Below, in pieces: positions 1-7,239 of a stretch of 10,738 nucleotides of DNA. The stretch comes from Candidatus Methylomirabilota bacterium. GTDB lineage: Bacteria; Methylomirabilota; Methylomirabilia; Rokubacteriales; CSP1-6. Both the position numbers and the translations under genes were made by a program. Under the pieces are notes generated by a model that did no database searches, was not told the origin of the DNA, and saw only the letters and a program-made list of their open reading frames with translations. The stretch covers positions 1 to 10,738 of the forward strand of contig JBKPAK010000247.1 of assembly GCA_046726415.1 (NCBI GenBank). Direction: 5' to 3'. How positions within the stretch are numbered: the first letter of the stretch is position 1; every line of letters starts with the position of its first letter.

Positions 1-359
1 GGAACTCCGTCTGATTCCACCCGGCCCCCAGGCCCAGAATCAGCCGGCCACCACTGATCTCGTCGACGGTGGCCGCCTTCTTGGCGAGCATCGCCGGGGC
101 ATGGAACGCGGTGCACGCGACGAGCGGGCCCAGCTGGATGCGATTGGTCGCCGCCGCCAGGGCGGCCAGGACGGACCACGCCTCCCATGGTCCGCGAGGT
201 CGGTCGAATGGGCCGGCGGTAAAGGAGGTGGTCGCCGACCCACAGCGAGTCCAGCCCTACTGTTTCGGCCATCCGCGTCATGGCGAGGAGTTCGGTCCAC
301 CGCACGTCACGCTCGATCTCTGGTAGTTGAACCCCGACCTTCAGCGGCCTGGCGCCCAT
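1..359 (-). CDS. LLM-class (luciferase-like) flavin/F420-dependent oxidoreductase, 5' part; runs off the window and carries an apparent +1 frameshift near 205-215
   Basis: Manual translation (not in the ORF track). ATG at 359, with AGAGG 5 nt upstream, gives MGARPLKVGVQLPEIERDVRWTELLAMTRMAETVGLDSLWVGDHLLYRRP. The adjacent frame continues DRPRGPWEAWSVLAALAAATNRIQLGPLVACTAFHAPAMLAKKAATVDEISGGRLILGLGAGWNQTEF. DSLWVGDH and ATVDEISGGRLILGLGAGW are typical LLM motifs. Confidence 0.9.
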   Translation of the reverse strand, partial: MGARPLKVGVQLPEIERDVRWTELLAMTRMAETVGLDSLWVGDHLLYRRPIRPTSRTMGGVVRPGRPGGGDQSHPAGPARRVHRVPCPGDARQEGGHRRRDQWWPADSGPGGRVESDGV

Positions 360-544
360 GTGCACCTCTGCATCAGCGACCTTGCTCGCGCCCAGAGGCA
401 AGTCAACGGGCGCCCTCTTGACCCGCCCGTGCTGTTCACCCGAGCGGTCATTTCATTGTGTCAAACAGTTGCGGTCAGATCACGTATCAACAACAGTGCC
501 GCATCGCGATCCTCGATCGGACGCGGTCCGCAGTCCTGTGACCG

Positions 545-826
545 TCACATGACTTCGGCCTGCGGGCGTCGGCGCCACGCCGCGTTGACTTCGGACCGAC
601 GCGTGCGATCATCGCAGCGACACCGGGGTGCCCTCACGCGAGGGCTGAGATCAAACCCGCCGGCCACCGGCGCTCCGGTGACCCGCTTCCCGCAGCCGCC
701 GCAGAACTCATCGCCGGGGTCATTCGTGAACCCGCACGACGCACAGACGATTGCGAGCGGCGCGGCGCACTTGGAGCAGAAGCGGCGGCCTTCACGGTTA
801 TCCGTGCGACACCGGGGGCAAAGCAT
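545..826 (-). CDS. Stand-alone double zinc ribbon protein, probably a truncated cyclase-STAND paralogue
   Basis: MLCPRC..N....FCSKC......CASC...N.....FCGGCG contains four CxxC pairs with the same spacing as the N-terminus of 1094..4540. GGAG lies upstream of the ATG at 826. The sequence after GAPVAG is Arg-rich and not recognisable. Confidence 0.7.
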   Translation of the reverse strand: MLCPRCRTDNREGRRFCSKCAAPLAIVCASCGFTNDPGDEFCGGCGKRVTGAPVAGGFDLSPRVRAPRCRCDDRTRRSEVNAAWRRRPQAEVM

Positions 827-839
827 CAATGCGACTCCG

Positions 840-896
840 TCAGACCCGTTTCCGTCTGCTCCATCCGGGGGCGGTATCGCACACGACGACTCTCAC
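840..896 (-). pseudogene. Stub of a PIN-domain (VapC/DUF3368-like) toxin
   Basis: GTG at 896 sits in a GTGA motif (TGA at 895-893) and reads (M)RVVVCDTAP. This matches the PIN beta-1 'hhhhDT(G/S/A)P' start. Similarity is lost after about 10 codons and a stop follows at 840. Confidence 0.6.
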
Positions 897-1097
897 GCAG
901 GAGTAACCTTTGGTCCTGAGCGCCCACTCGATGTCATCACGCATGAAGCGCTCGAGCAGGTCGATCCGGTGGCGCTTGACGAAGTCGATCAGGGCGGCCC
1001 GCACGACCTCGCCCTCGGAGCCGAACCATCCAGCGTTGACATAGACGTTGATCTCGGCCGCGAGCTTGTCGGGGAGTTCAACCTGGATCGCTTTCAT
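840..1097 (-). CDS. CopG/ribbon-helix-helix antitoxin-like transcriptional regulator; currently reads in frame into the PIN stub
   Basis: MKAIQVELPDKLAAEINVYVNAGWFGSEGEVVRAALIDFV follows the RHH pattern (alternating beta strand, LP, helix, G[WY]FxSxxEVVRxAL). A strong SD, AAGGAGGT (1111-1104), lies 6 nt before the ATG at 1097, so the real start is 1097 rather than 1154. Confidence 0.85.
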   Translation of the reverse strand: MKAIQVELPDKLAAEINVYVNAGWFGSEGEVVRAALIDFVKRHRIDLLERFMRDDIEWALRTKGYSCVRVVVCDTAPGWSRRKRV

Positions 1098-4000
1098 TCC
1101 TCCACCTCCTTTCGCGGAGTCAGATCGCCCGCATCCATCCGGCGCGTAGTGCACTCGAACGACGCCTTCAGCTCCGTCTCGGCCTTCTCGAGCCAGAAGC
1201 GCATGTCCATCTCGCGATACATCGTGGCCGCGATAGTGAGGTGCTCCTGCGCCTCCTGCTGGCCGGCGCGCCGGTAGAGCTTGCCGATGCCCAGGTGGCA
1301 GTGGGCGACGAGCGGTCGCATGCCGCGGGGCTCGGCGAGGGTCAGCGCTTGGCGGTAGTGGCTCTCGGCTTCGCCGACGACGGGCGGTTCACAGCGCCAC
1401 GCGATCTCGGCGAGCTGCTGGAGAGCCCACGCCTGATCCCCTCGCAGACCAAGGTCGCGAACGAGCGCGACCGCACGCTGCGTCACCTCTCGCGCCTCGT
1501 CGAGGCGTCCGGCGAGCATGTATGCCTCACCCAGAGCGATCCGTGTAAGGTTAGCGCCGTGTCGGATCTCGCGAGGTCGGTCTGCCTCAACGAGGCTTCC
1601 TGCGTGCATCCGCCAGCGAGTGACGATTGGCTCCAGAAGCGACTGAGCCTCGGCGTTCCGGCCCACTCGAGTATAGGCCGAGGCTAAACCAGAGGCGACG
1701 GTAGCGAAGTGGAACTGAATGTTCCAGGTCTCGCACAGAGCCAGCGCGCGCTCGAGCAGTGGCAGAGCTCGATCCGCTTCGCCCTGGCGGAGATGGATCC
1801 GGGCTAGGCCAGTGAGCGCGACAATGAGGGAGACGGGTTGACTGGCGCTCTCCGCAATTCGGAGAGCCTCGTCCCCGTACGCCAGGCCTTCGGTGAATTC
1901 TCCAAGCTCAGCCAGGCACCACACCAGGCCGCGGCGCGAGAGGACGGACAGCAGACCGCTGAGGCCGAAGCGCTCCCGAACGAGATCTCCCTGCAGGGAT
2001 TCGACGTTCTTCCGGTGGTGGTCCGCCCCTCGACGGTAGTCCCCGACTCCGTAGGCGAACACGCCCAGGAAGAAATTCGCCACGCCCTGAAGGCCGAAGT
2101 CCGCCAGCGCGGAACCGAGGGCAAGAGCTCGTTCCGCGACCTTCACGGCCTGCTCCCCCTCGTTCAGCATCGCGTGGTACTGGCTCAAATAGGCCGACAC
2201 CCATCCGAGCCGGCGCTGGTCGTCGAGGGCCCTGGCGAGCGCTTCGGCCTCGCGGAGGGAGTCGAGCACGCGTTCGTGCGCGTTGAGTGGTTGAAGCGCC
2301 TGGCGAAGGTCGAGTCGCAGGTCGATCGCCTGCTCGATCGTCGTACTGCTCTGGGGGAGATGCCCGAGCGCGACCATCGCCTGGTCGAAGGCGGCCACCG
2401 CCTCCCGGTGGCCCGAGCGGGCGGTGGCCCTCGCCCCGGCCCGGCGCAGATAGGTCACGGCCTTCTCCCACAGGGCGCCCCGGAACGCATGGTGGCCGAG
2501 CCGCTCGACGTGCTCGGCCAAGCGGTCGCCGTGGAGGCGCTCGATCGCCTCCACCGCCCGGGCGTGGAGGGCCGCCCGCCGCTCTTGCAGCAAGCCCTGA
2601 TAGGCCACCTCGTGCGTCAGGGCGTGGGTGAACGCATACTCCACGTCGGGAAAGAGGTTGGTCTCGTACAGGAACTCCGTCGCCTGCAGCCGCGCCAGGC
2701 CCGCCGACACGGCCGCCTCGGGCTGCCCAGCAATGTCCCGCAGCAACGCGAAGGGGACATCGACGCCGATGACCGCCGCCGTCTGCAGCAGGTGCCGCTC
2801 CTCGGGAGGCAGCCGATCGATCCGCGCCGCCAGCACCGCCTGCACCGTCGCCGGAATCTGCAGCGGCGCGGTGTCCTTCGCCAGGTAATACTGTCCGCGG
2901 TCGCCTCCCAAGACCCGGGTCTCCACCAACGCCCGGACCCCCTCCTCCAGGAAGAAAGGGTTGCCCTCGGCCCGCTCGATCAACAGGCGCCTGAGCGGGG
3001 TCAGGCTCGGGTGATCGCCCAGCAGGACGTGGAGCAGCTCCCCGGCACGAGGCGTCGGTAGCGGATCGAGTCGCAGCTGCGTGTAGTAGCTCTTCTGCCC
3101 CCAGCCGTGCTGATACTCGCGCCGGTACGTGACGAGCAGCACCAGGCGCGCCCCGGGCAGGCTCTCGACCAGGCTGTCCAGCAGCGCCTGACTCTCGGCG
3201 TCGATCAAGTGCAGGTCCTCCACGAGCAGAAGCACGGGGCGCTCGCGCGCTTCTCGCAGCAGCAGCCGTTTCACAGCGTCGAGGGTGCGCTGCCGCCGCT
3301 GGGCCGGCTCGAGCCTCTGCCACGCGGTGTCCTCCCCCGGCACTTCCAGCAGGGCGAGCAGCGCCGGGAGCGCCACCTCGAGCGAGGCGTCCAGGGCGCG
3401 CAGCTTGCCCGTCACCTTGTCGCGGATCTCCCTCAGTTCGTCCCGGTCCTGCAGCGTGAAGTAACCCTTGAGAAGGTCGATCACTGGCCAGTAGCTCATC
3501 GCCTGGCCGTACGAGACGGAGGCGGCCTCGAGCACCAGCCAGCCGTCCGTGCGAGGCGAGTGGGTCACTTCGTAAGCGAGGCGCGACTTGCCGACCCCGG
3601 GGTCTCCCACCATCGCCACCACTTGCCCATGCCCCGCCCGGGCGCGCCCGAGCGCCCGATGGAGCTGCTCCAGCTCGCCGTCGCGGCCGACGAAGCGCGT
3701 GAGGCCGCGGGCGGTGGCCGCTTGCAGCCGGGAGCGCACGGCCCCCGCCCCGACCAGCTCGTACACCTCCACCGGCTCGGCCAGCCCCTTCACCGGGCGG
3801 GGGCCCAGTGGACTCACCTCCACGTAGCCTTCCACCAGCTCGAGCGTCGCGGGGCTGAGGACAATCGCGCCCGGCTCCGCGAGCTGCTCCATCCGCGCCG
3901 CCAGATGCGTCGTCTGGCCGACGGCCGTGTAGTCCATCCGCAGATCGGAACCGATGGCCCGCACGAGCACGTCGCCCGAGTTCAGCCCGACGCGGATCTG

Positions 4001-4540
4001 AACGCTGAGGGCGTGTCGGCGGCGCACGCCCTCGGCGTGCTGCTTCACCGCCTGCTGCATCCGCAGCGCCGAGTAGCACGCGCGCACGGCGTGGTCCTCG
4101 TGGGCCAGGGGCGCACCGAACAGCGCCATGATGCCGTCCCCCATCACCTGGTTGACGGTGCCCTCGTAGCGGTGCACGGCCTCCATCATGTGTTCGAGCA
4201 CGGGATCGAGGAGCGCGCGGGCCTCCTCGGGATCGCGCTCGACGAGCAGCTCCATCGAGCCCTTGAGATCGGCGAAGAGCACCGTGACCTGCTTGCGCTC
4301 GCCTTCCAGCGCGCTCCGGGAGGTGAGGATCTTCTCGGCGAGGTGCTTCGGCGTGTAGCTGTCCGGCGCGCGCCCGGCCACCGGCCCACCGAGGAGCCGT
4401 CGCCCACAGCCGCTACAGAACCGACTGCCCGAAGGGTTGATATGACCGCAGACCGCGCATGTCATCTCGAACCCGGTGCCGCAAGCGTTGCAGAAGCGCG
4501 CCCCGGAAGGATTCTCTTGCTGGCACGACGGGCAGGTCAC
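1094..4540 (-). CDS. Adenylate/guanylate cyclase domain protein: double zinc ribbon + class III cyclase + STAND (AAA_16-type) ATPase + TPR repeats
   Basis: 1148 aa. Four N-terminal CxxC pairs. Cyclase motifs TVLFADLKGS, MGDGIMALFGAP, IRVGLNSG and THLAARME. Walker A GDPGVGKS (3607-3584), Walker B LLLVEDLH, STAND motif GNPFFLEE and a helical TPR-like C-terminal half. Confidence 0.95.
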   Translation of the reverse strand: MTCPSCQQENPSGARFCNACGTGFEMTCAVCGHINPSGSRFCSGCGRRLLGGPVAGRAPDSYTPKHLAEKILTSRSALEGERKQVTVLFADLKGSMELLVERDPEEARALLDPVLEHMMEAVHRYEGTVNQVMGDGIMALFGAPLAHEDHAVRACYSALRMQQAVKQHAEGVRRRHALSVQIRVGLNSGDVLVRAIGSDLRMDYTAVGQTTHLAARMEQLAEPGAIVLSPATLELVEGYVEVSPLGPRPVKGLAEPVEVYELVGAGAVRSRLQAATARGLTRFVGRDGELEQLHRALGRARAGHGQVVAMVGDPGVGKSRLAYEVTHSPRTDGWLVLEAASVSYGQAMSYWPVIDLLKGYFTLQDRDELREIRDKVTGKLRALDASLEVALPALLALLEVPGEDTAWQRLEPAQRRQRTLDAVKRLLLREARERPVLLLVEDLHLIDAESQALLDSLVESLPGARLVLLVTYRREYQHGWGQKSYYTQLRLDPLPTPRAGELLHVLLGDHPSLTPLRRLLIERAEGNPFFLEEGVRALVETRVLGGDRGQYYLAKDTAPLQIPATVQAVLAARIDRLPPEERHLLQTAAVIGVDVPFALLRDIAGQPEAAVSAGLARLQATEFLYETNLFPDVEYAFTHALTHEVAYQGLLQERRAALHARAVEAIERLHGDRLAEHVERLGHHAFRGALWEKAVTYLRRAGARATARSGHREAVAAFDQAMVALGHLPQSSTTIEQAIDLRLDLRQALQPLNAHERVLDSLREAEALARALDDQRRLGWVSAYLSQYHAMLNEGEQAVKVAERALALGSALADFGLQGVANFFLGVFAYGVGDYRRGADHHRKNVESLQGDLVRERFGLSGLLSVLSRRGLVWCLAELGEFTEGLAYGDEALRIAESASQPVSLIVALTGLARIHLRQGEADRALPLLERALALCETWNIQFHFATVASGLASAYTRVGRNAEAQSLLEPIVTRWRMHAGSLVEADRPREIRHGANLTRIALGEAYMLAGRLDEAREVTQRAVALVRDLGLRGDQAWALQQLAEIAWRCEPPVVGEAESHYRQALTLAEPRGMRPLVAHCHLGIGKLYRRAGQQEAQEHLTIAATMYREMDMRFWLEKAETELKASFECTTRRMDAGDLTPRKEVEE

Positions 4541-4546
4541 GGGTCG

Positions 4547-4555
4547 AGACTAGCA
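4547..4555 (-). promoter_or_regulatory. Extended -10 element (TGcTAGTCT) in leaderless geometry for the cyclase-STAND gene
   Basis: The - strand reads TGC TAGTCT cgaccc GTG: TGn plus TAnnnT, 6 nt before the start codon, with no SD. Confidence 0.55.
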
Positions 4556-4801
4556 CTAGCGCCCGGTAGGCAGCGAGATCAAGACGAGCATTCGGCTCCA
4601 CCGAGTCCACTGGAGAAATTGGCGTGCCGTAGGAGGCCTCGAATGCGAGAGGGTCTCGAGATATTCGTCCTCGCTGATGTCGATCCCGCTCAGGAACAGT
4701 CTGGCGATCACCATAACCCGTGAGCCCTTGGGCGCATACGCACGGGCACGAACACTGCGAATCGCGGGCGTGAACTGCCCGCCATCTCGATCTCCGCTCA
4801 T
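4556..4801 (-). other. Possible small hypothetical ORF or gene remnant (81 aa from ATG 4801)
   Basis: The ATG overlaps an upstream TGA (ATGA, 4801-4798). It contains a protein-like amphipathic segment, MVIARLFLSGIDISEDEYLETL, but the remainder is not recognisable. Confidence 0.25.
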
Positions 4802-4971
4802 CTGGGGAGCCCGGCCAGCCGCGGCGCGTCCGCCATCACCTCGAGGTCCTCCCACCCCGGGTTCGGAAGCGGCCGCCTTAGAACCCTGAAGTCACCCGGC
4901 CCATGGTGTGGCGTTCGGCGCCCACCGATGGGTGCCGCGAGCACTGTCGGAAGACGCCGCCCACGTGGGGG

Positions 4972-4977
4972 TAGAAT
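4972..4977 (+). promoter_or_regulatory. -10 hexamer TAGAAT in leaderless geometry for the dehydrogenase
   Basis: TAGAAT cgcgag ATG: 5/6 match to TATAAT, 6 nt before ATG 4984, with no clear SD. Confidence 0.6.
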
Positions 4978-4983
4978 CGCGAG

Positions 4984-5886
4984 ATGCAGGTGGGGTTCAT
5001 CGGCCTCGGGAACATGGGTCAGCCCATGGCGGGCTGGCTGCTCGACGCCGGGTTCCCTCTGGTGGTCCATGACCTCAGGGCCGAGGCCGCGGCTCCCCTG
5101 GTCGAACGAGGGGCGATCTGGGCGGACAGTCCTCGGCATCTGGCCGCCGGGTGCGACGTGGTCTGCACCTGCCTCCCCGGCCCAGCTGAGATGCAGGCCG
5201 TGACGCTAGGTCCCCACGGCATCGTGGAAGGTCTCCGCCCGGCGTCCGTCTACATCGACCACACCACGAATTCCCCGGAGGTCGTGCGCGAGGTCGGCGC
5301 CGCCATCGCGGCGCATCAGGGCCACATGCTGGATGCGCCACTCGATGGTGGCCGGGAAGGCGCGCTGGAGGGTCAGCTCACCTTGTTCGTCGGAGGCGAC
5401 CAAACGGTCGTGAACCGGGTCCGGTCAGTGCTCGAGCCGTTCTCCAGGAGCGTGGTGTGGGTCGGGGACCTCGGCGCCGGGTCGGTCACGAAGCTCGTCC
5501 ACAATGCCCTGGCCATGAGCATCGACCTGCTCCTGACGGAGTGTCTCACCCTAGGGGCCAAGGCCGGGGTGACGGTGCCGAGACTCGTCGAAGCGTTCCG
5601 GCAGGGATGCATCGTCAGCGAGAACATGACGTTCACCAAGCGCATGCCCGCCACCCTGTTTCGCGGCGACTTCGCGGCCCGGTTCGCGCTCGAGCTCGCG
5701 TACAAGGACTTTCGCCTGGCGGAGGAGCTGGCCGCCCGGCATGGTGTGCCCACCCGTTTGATCGACCTCTGCCGGATCGAGCTCCTGGAGGCGATGAATC
5801 GCGGCTGGGGCGGCCAGGACCGGACGGCGGCCTCGATGCTCCAGGAGGAACGCGCGGGCGTGCGGCTGCGCGTCGGCGACGCCTGA
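4984..5886 (+). CDS. NAD(P)-dependent beta-hydroxyacid dehydrogenase (3-hydroxyisobutyrate dehydrogenase / tartronate semialdehyde reductase family)
   Basis: 300 aa. VGFIGLGNMG Rossmann motif, DAPLDGG substrate loop, GAGSVTKLVHN with the catalytic Lys, and the C-terminal FALELAYKD motif. Confidence 0.95.
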   Translation: MQVGFIGLGNMGQPMAGWLLDAGFPLVVHDLRAEAAAPLVERGAIWADSPRHLAAGCDVVCTCLPGPAEMQAVTLGPHGIVEGLRPASVYIDHTTNSPEVVREVGAAIAAHQGHMLDAPLDGGREGALEGQLTLFVGGDQTVVNRVRSVLEPFSRSVVWVGDLGAGSVTKLVHNALAMSIDLLLTECLTLGAKAGVTVPRLVEAFRQGCIVSENMTFTKRMPATLFRGDFAARFALELAYKDFRLAEELAARHGVPTRLIDLCRIELLEAMNRGWGGQDRTAASMLQEERAGVRLRVGDA

Positions 5887-5892
5887 TGGCTC

Positions 5893-5934
5893 GGGCGACG
5901 GACGGAGTCGGAGGCCGCCACGGCTCCCCCGCCC
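5893..5934. terminator. Possible GC-rich hairpin between convergent genes
   Basis: GGAGTCG (5904-5910) pairs with CGGCTCC (5921-5927) with one G-U pair, and there are outer GGGCG/CGCCC arms. No U tract. Confidence 0.3.
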
Positions 5935-5941
5935 TCGCAGC

Positions 5942-7189
5942 TCACGCGCGGGCCGAGACGGTGCCCGGTACGACCGCGCGCCGTGCCTCCTCCGGCTCCG
6001 GTCGCGTCACCGGCGTCCCGATGCGACCGAGACCGGACCGATCCATGCCGTAGAACTTCAGGCTGTTGTCGAGCACCATCTTCCGCTTGGCCGAGTCCGG
6101 GACGTCCTTCCGGGCCATCAAGGTCGCGACCGTGCCGGGGTAGGGCAGGCCGTCACGCCCCCGCTCGCCGACGAACAGGGCGTCGAAGTGCAGGTAGTCG
6201 GAGGCGAAAAGCATCGCGTCCTCCCCGACGTGCTCGAGGAAGAACGGGATGAACTCGTCGCCGGGCTCGCAGCTGAAGAACACCCGCCCACTCTTCACGT
6301 AGTCGCTCGGCCTCGATGACAGCGCGGCCCACCGTTCCGGCGCCACCTCCTGGTACTCGTCCATGCGGTGGATCCAGTAGGGCACCCAGCCTGCGCCCGC
6401 CTCGAGGAACGCGATGCGCAAGCGGGGGAAGCGCTCCAGCACGCCGCCGGTGACGATATTCGAGCAGGCCAGCATCTGGGCGAACGTATGGGCCATGTGC
6501 GAGGCTTCCAGCATGTGGTCCGGCCGGTTCACGTCGAAGTAGCCGCGGAAGAAGGACGGCAGGGCCGGGCCGTGGACGGCGATCGCCACGTTCAGGCGCT
6601 CGGCCTCGGCCCAGAATGGATCGAGCCGCACATCGCTCAGCAACGTGTCCTCGCGCACGGTGCAGCCGATCTGGATGCCCACCATGTCGAGCCGCGTCAC
6701 CGCCCGGTGCATCTCCTCCATTGCGCCCTCGACATCCTGGAGGGCCACGATGCCGATGCCCTTGAGCCGTCGCGGACAGACCTGGCAGTACTGGTGCAGC
6801 CAGTCGTTGTACGCGCGAGCCCGCGCCGCGGCGAAGCCGGCATCCGGCGTCACCGTGAGCGGTAGTTCGTCCGTCGGATAGATCACCGCGACGTCGATCC
6901 CGTCCCGGTCCATGTCGGCCAGGCGGGCCCACGGGTTGTACGTTCCCATGCGCCGGTAGTGGATCGCTTTGCCGTGGGGTGGGAACAGGTTGCCGTTGAC
7001 GCCGACGAACCCGCCCTCCGCCTGCGGCCCCCAGACCTTACCGTCGATGAGCCGGACGATGTTGCCCTTCGCGGTCTGGGTGTAGATCGGCCGCCGGTGG
7101 CGGTACGCGAGGTCGATGCCATCGTACGTCTCGTTGACCTCGATCACGTGCCCATCGCCGTCGATCACCAGCTCGGGTCTGTCCGTCAT
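5942..7189 (-). CDS. Amidohydrolase family protein (Amidohydro_2 type; metal-dependent hydrolase/hydratase/decarboxylase)
   Basis: 415 aa from ATG 7189, with GGGAG upstream. Motifs VIDGDGHV, RLADMDRDGIDVAVIYPT, RAYNDWL, PFWAEAERLNVAIAVHG, GGVLERFPRLRIAFLEAGAGWVP and FASDYLHFD. Confidence 0.95.
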   Translation of the reverse strand: MTDRPELVIDGDGHVIEVNETYDGIDLAYRHRRPIYTQTAKGNIVRLIDGKVWGPQAEGGFVGVNGNLFPPHGKAIHYRRMGTYNPWARLADMDRDGIDVAVIYPTDELPLTVTPDAGFAAARARAYNDWLHQYCQVCPRRLKGIGIVALQDVEGAMEEMHRAVTRLDMVGIQIGCTVREDTLLSDVRLDPFWAEAERLNVAIAVHGPALPSFFRGYFDVNRPDHMLEASHMAHTFAQMLACSNIVTGGVLERFPRLRIAFLEAGAGWVPYWIHRMDEYQEVAPERWAALSSRPSDYVKSGRVFFSCEPGDEFIPFFLEHVGEDAMLFASDYLHFDALFVGERGRDGLPYPGTVATLMARKDVPDSAKRKMVLDNSLKFYGMDRSGLGRIGTPVTRPEPEEARRAVVPGTVSARA

Positions 7190-7239
7190 GACATGCTCCC
7201 TTCTCCCATGCTCAGCCGGGGACACGCGGAATGAGCGAG

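Noticed and set aside
400-500. TTGACA/TTGACT hexamers and a 7-bp stem (406-430) upstream of the LLM gene
   Set aside because: No properly spaced -10 was found. The region is probably regulatory but no specific element can be supported.
327-1277. 316-aa + strand ORF
   Set aside because: It is antisense to the zinc-ribbon, RHH and cyclase genes, which have motifs and SD sequences. It has no domain signature itself.
1838-4723. Long alternative-frame and antisense ORFs (407, 723 and 538 aa) over the cyclase gene
   Set aside because: They are Arg/Gly/Pro-rich or antisense shadows expected in high-GC coding DNA, with no recognisable motifs.
493-4947. ACAGTGC (493-499) and GCACTGT (4941-4947) as terminal inverted repeats of the accessory block
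   Set aside because: The match is only 7 bp, does not extend convincingly, has no target-site duplication and no transposase or integrase is present. It is expected by chance.
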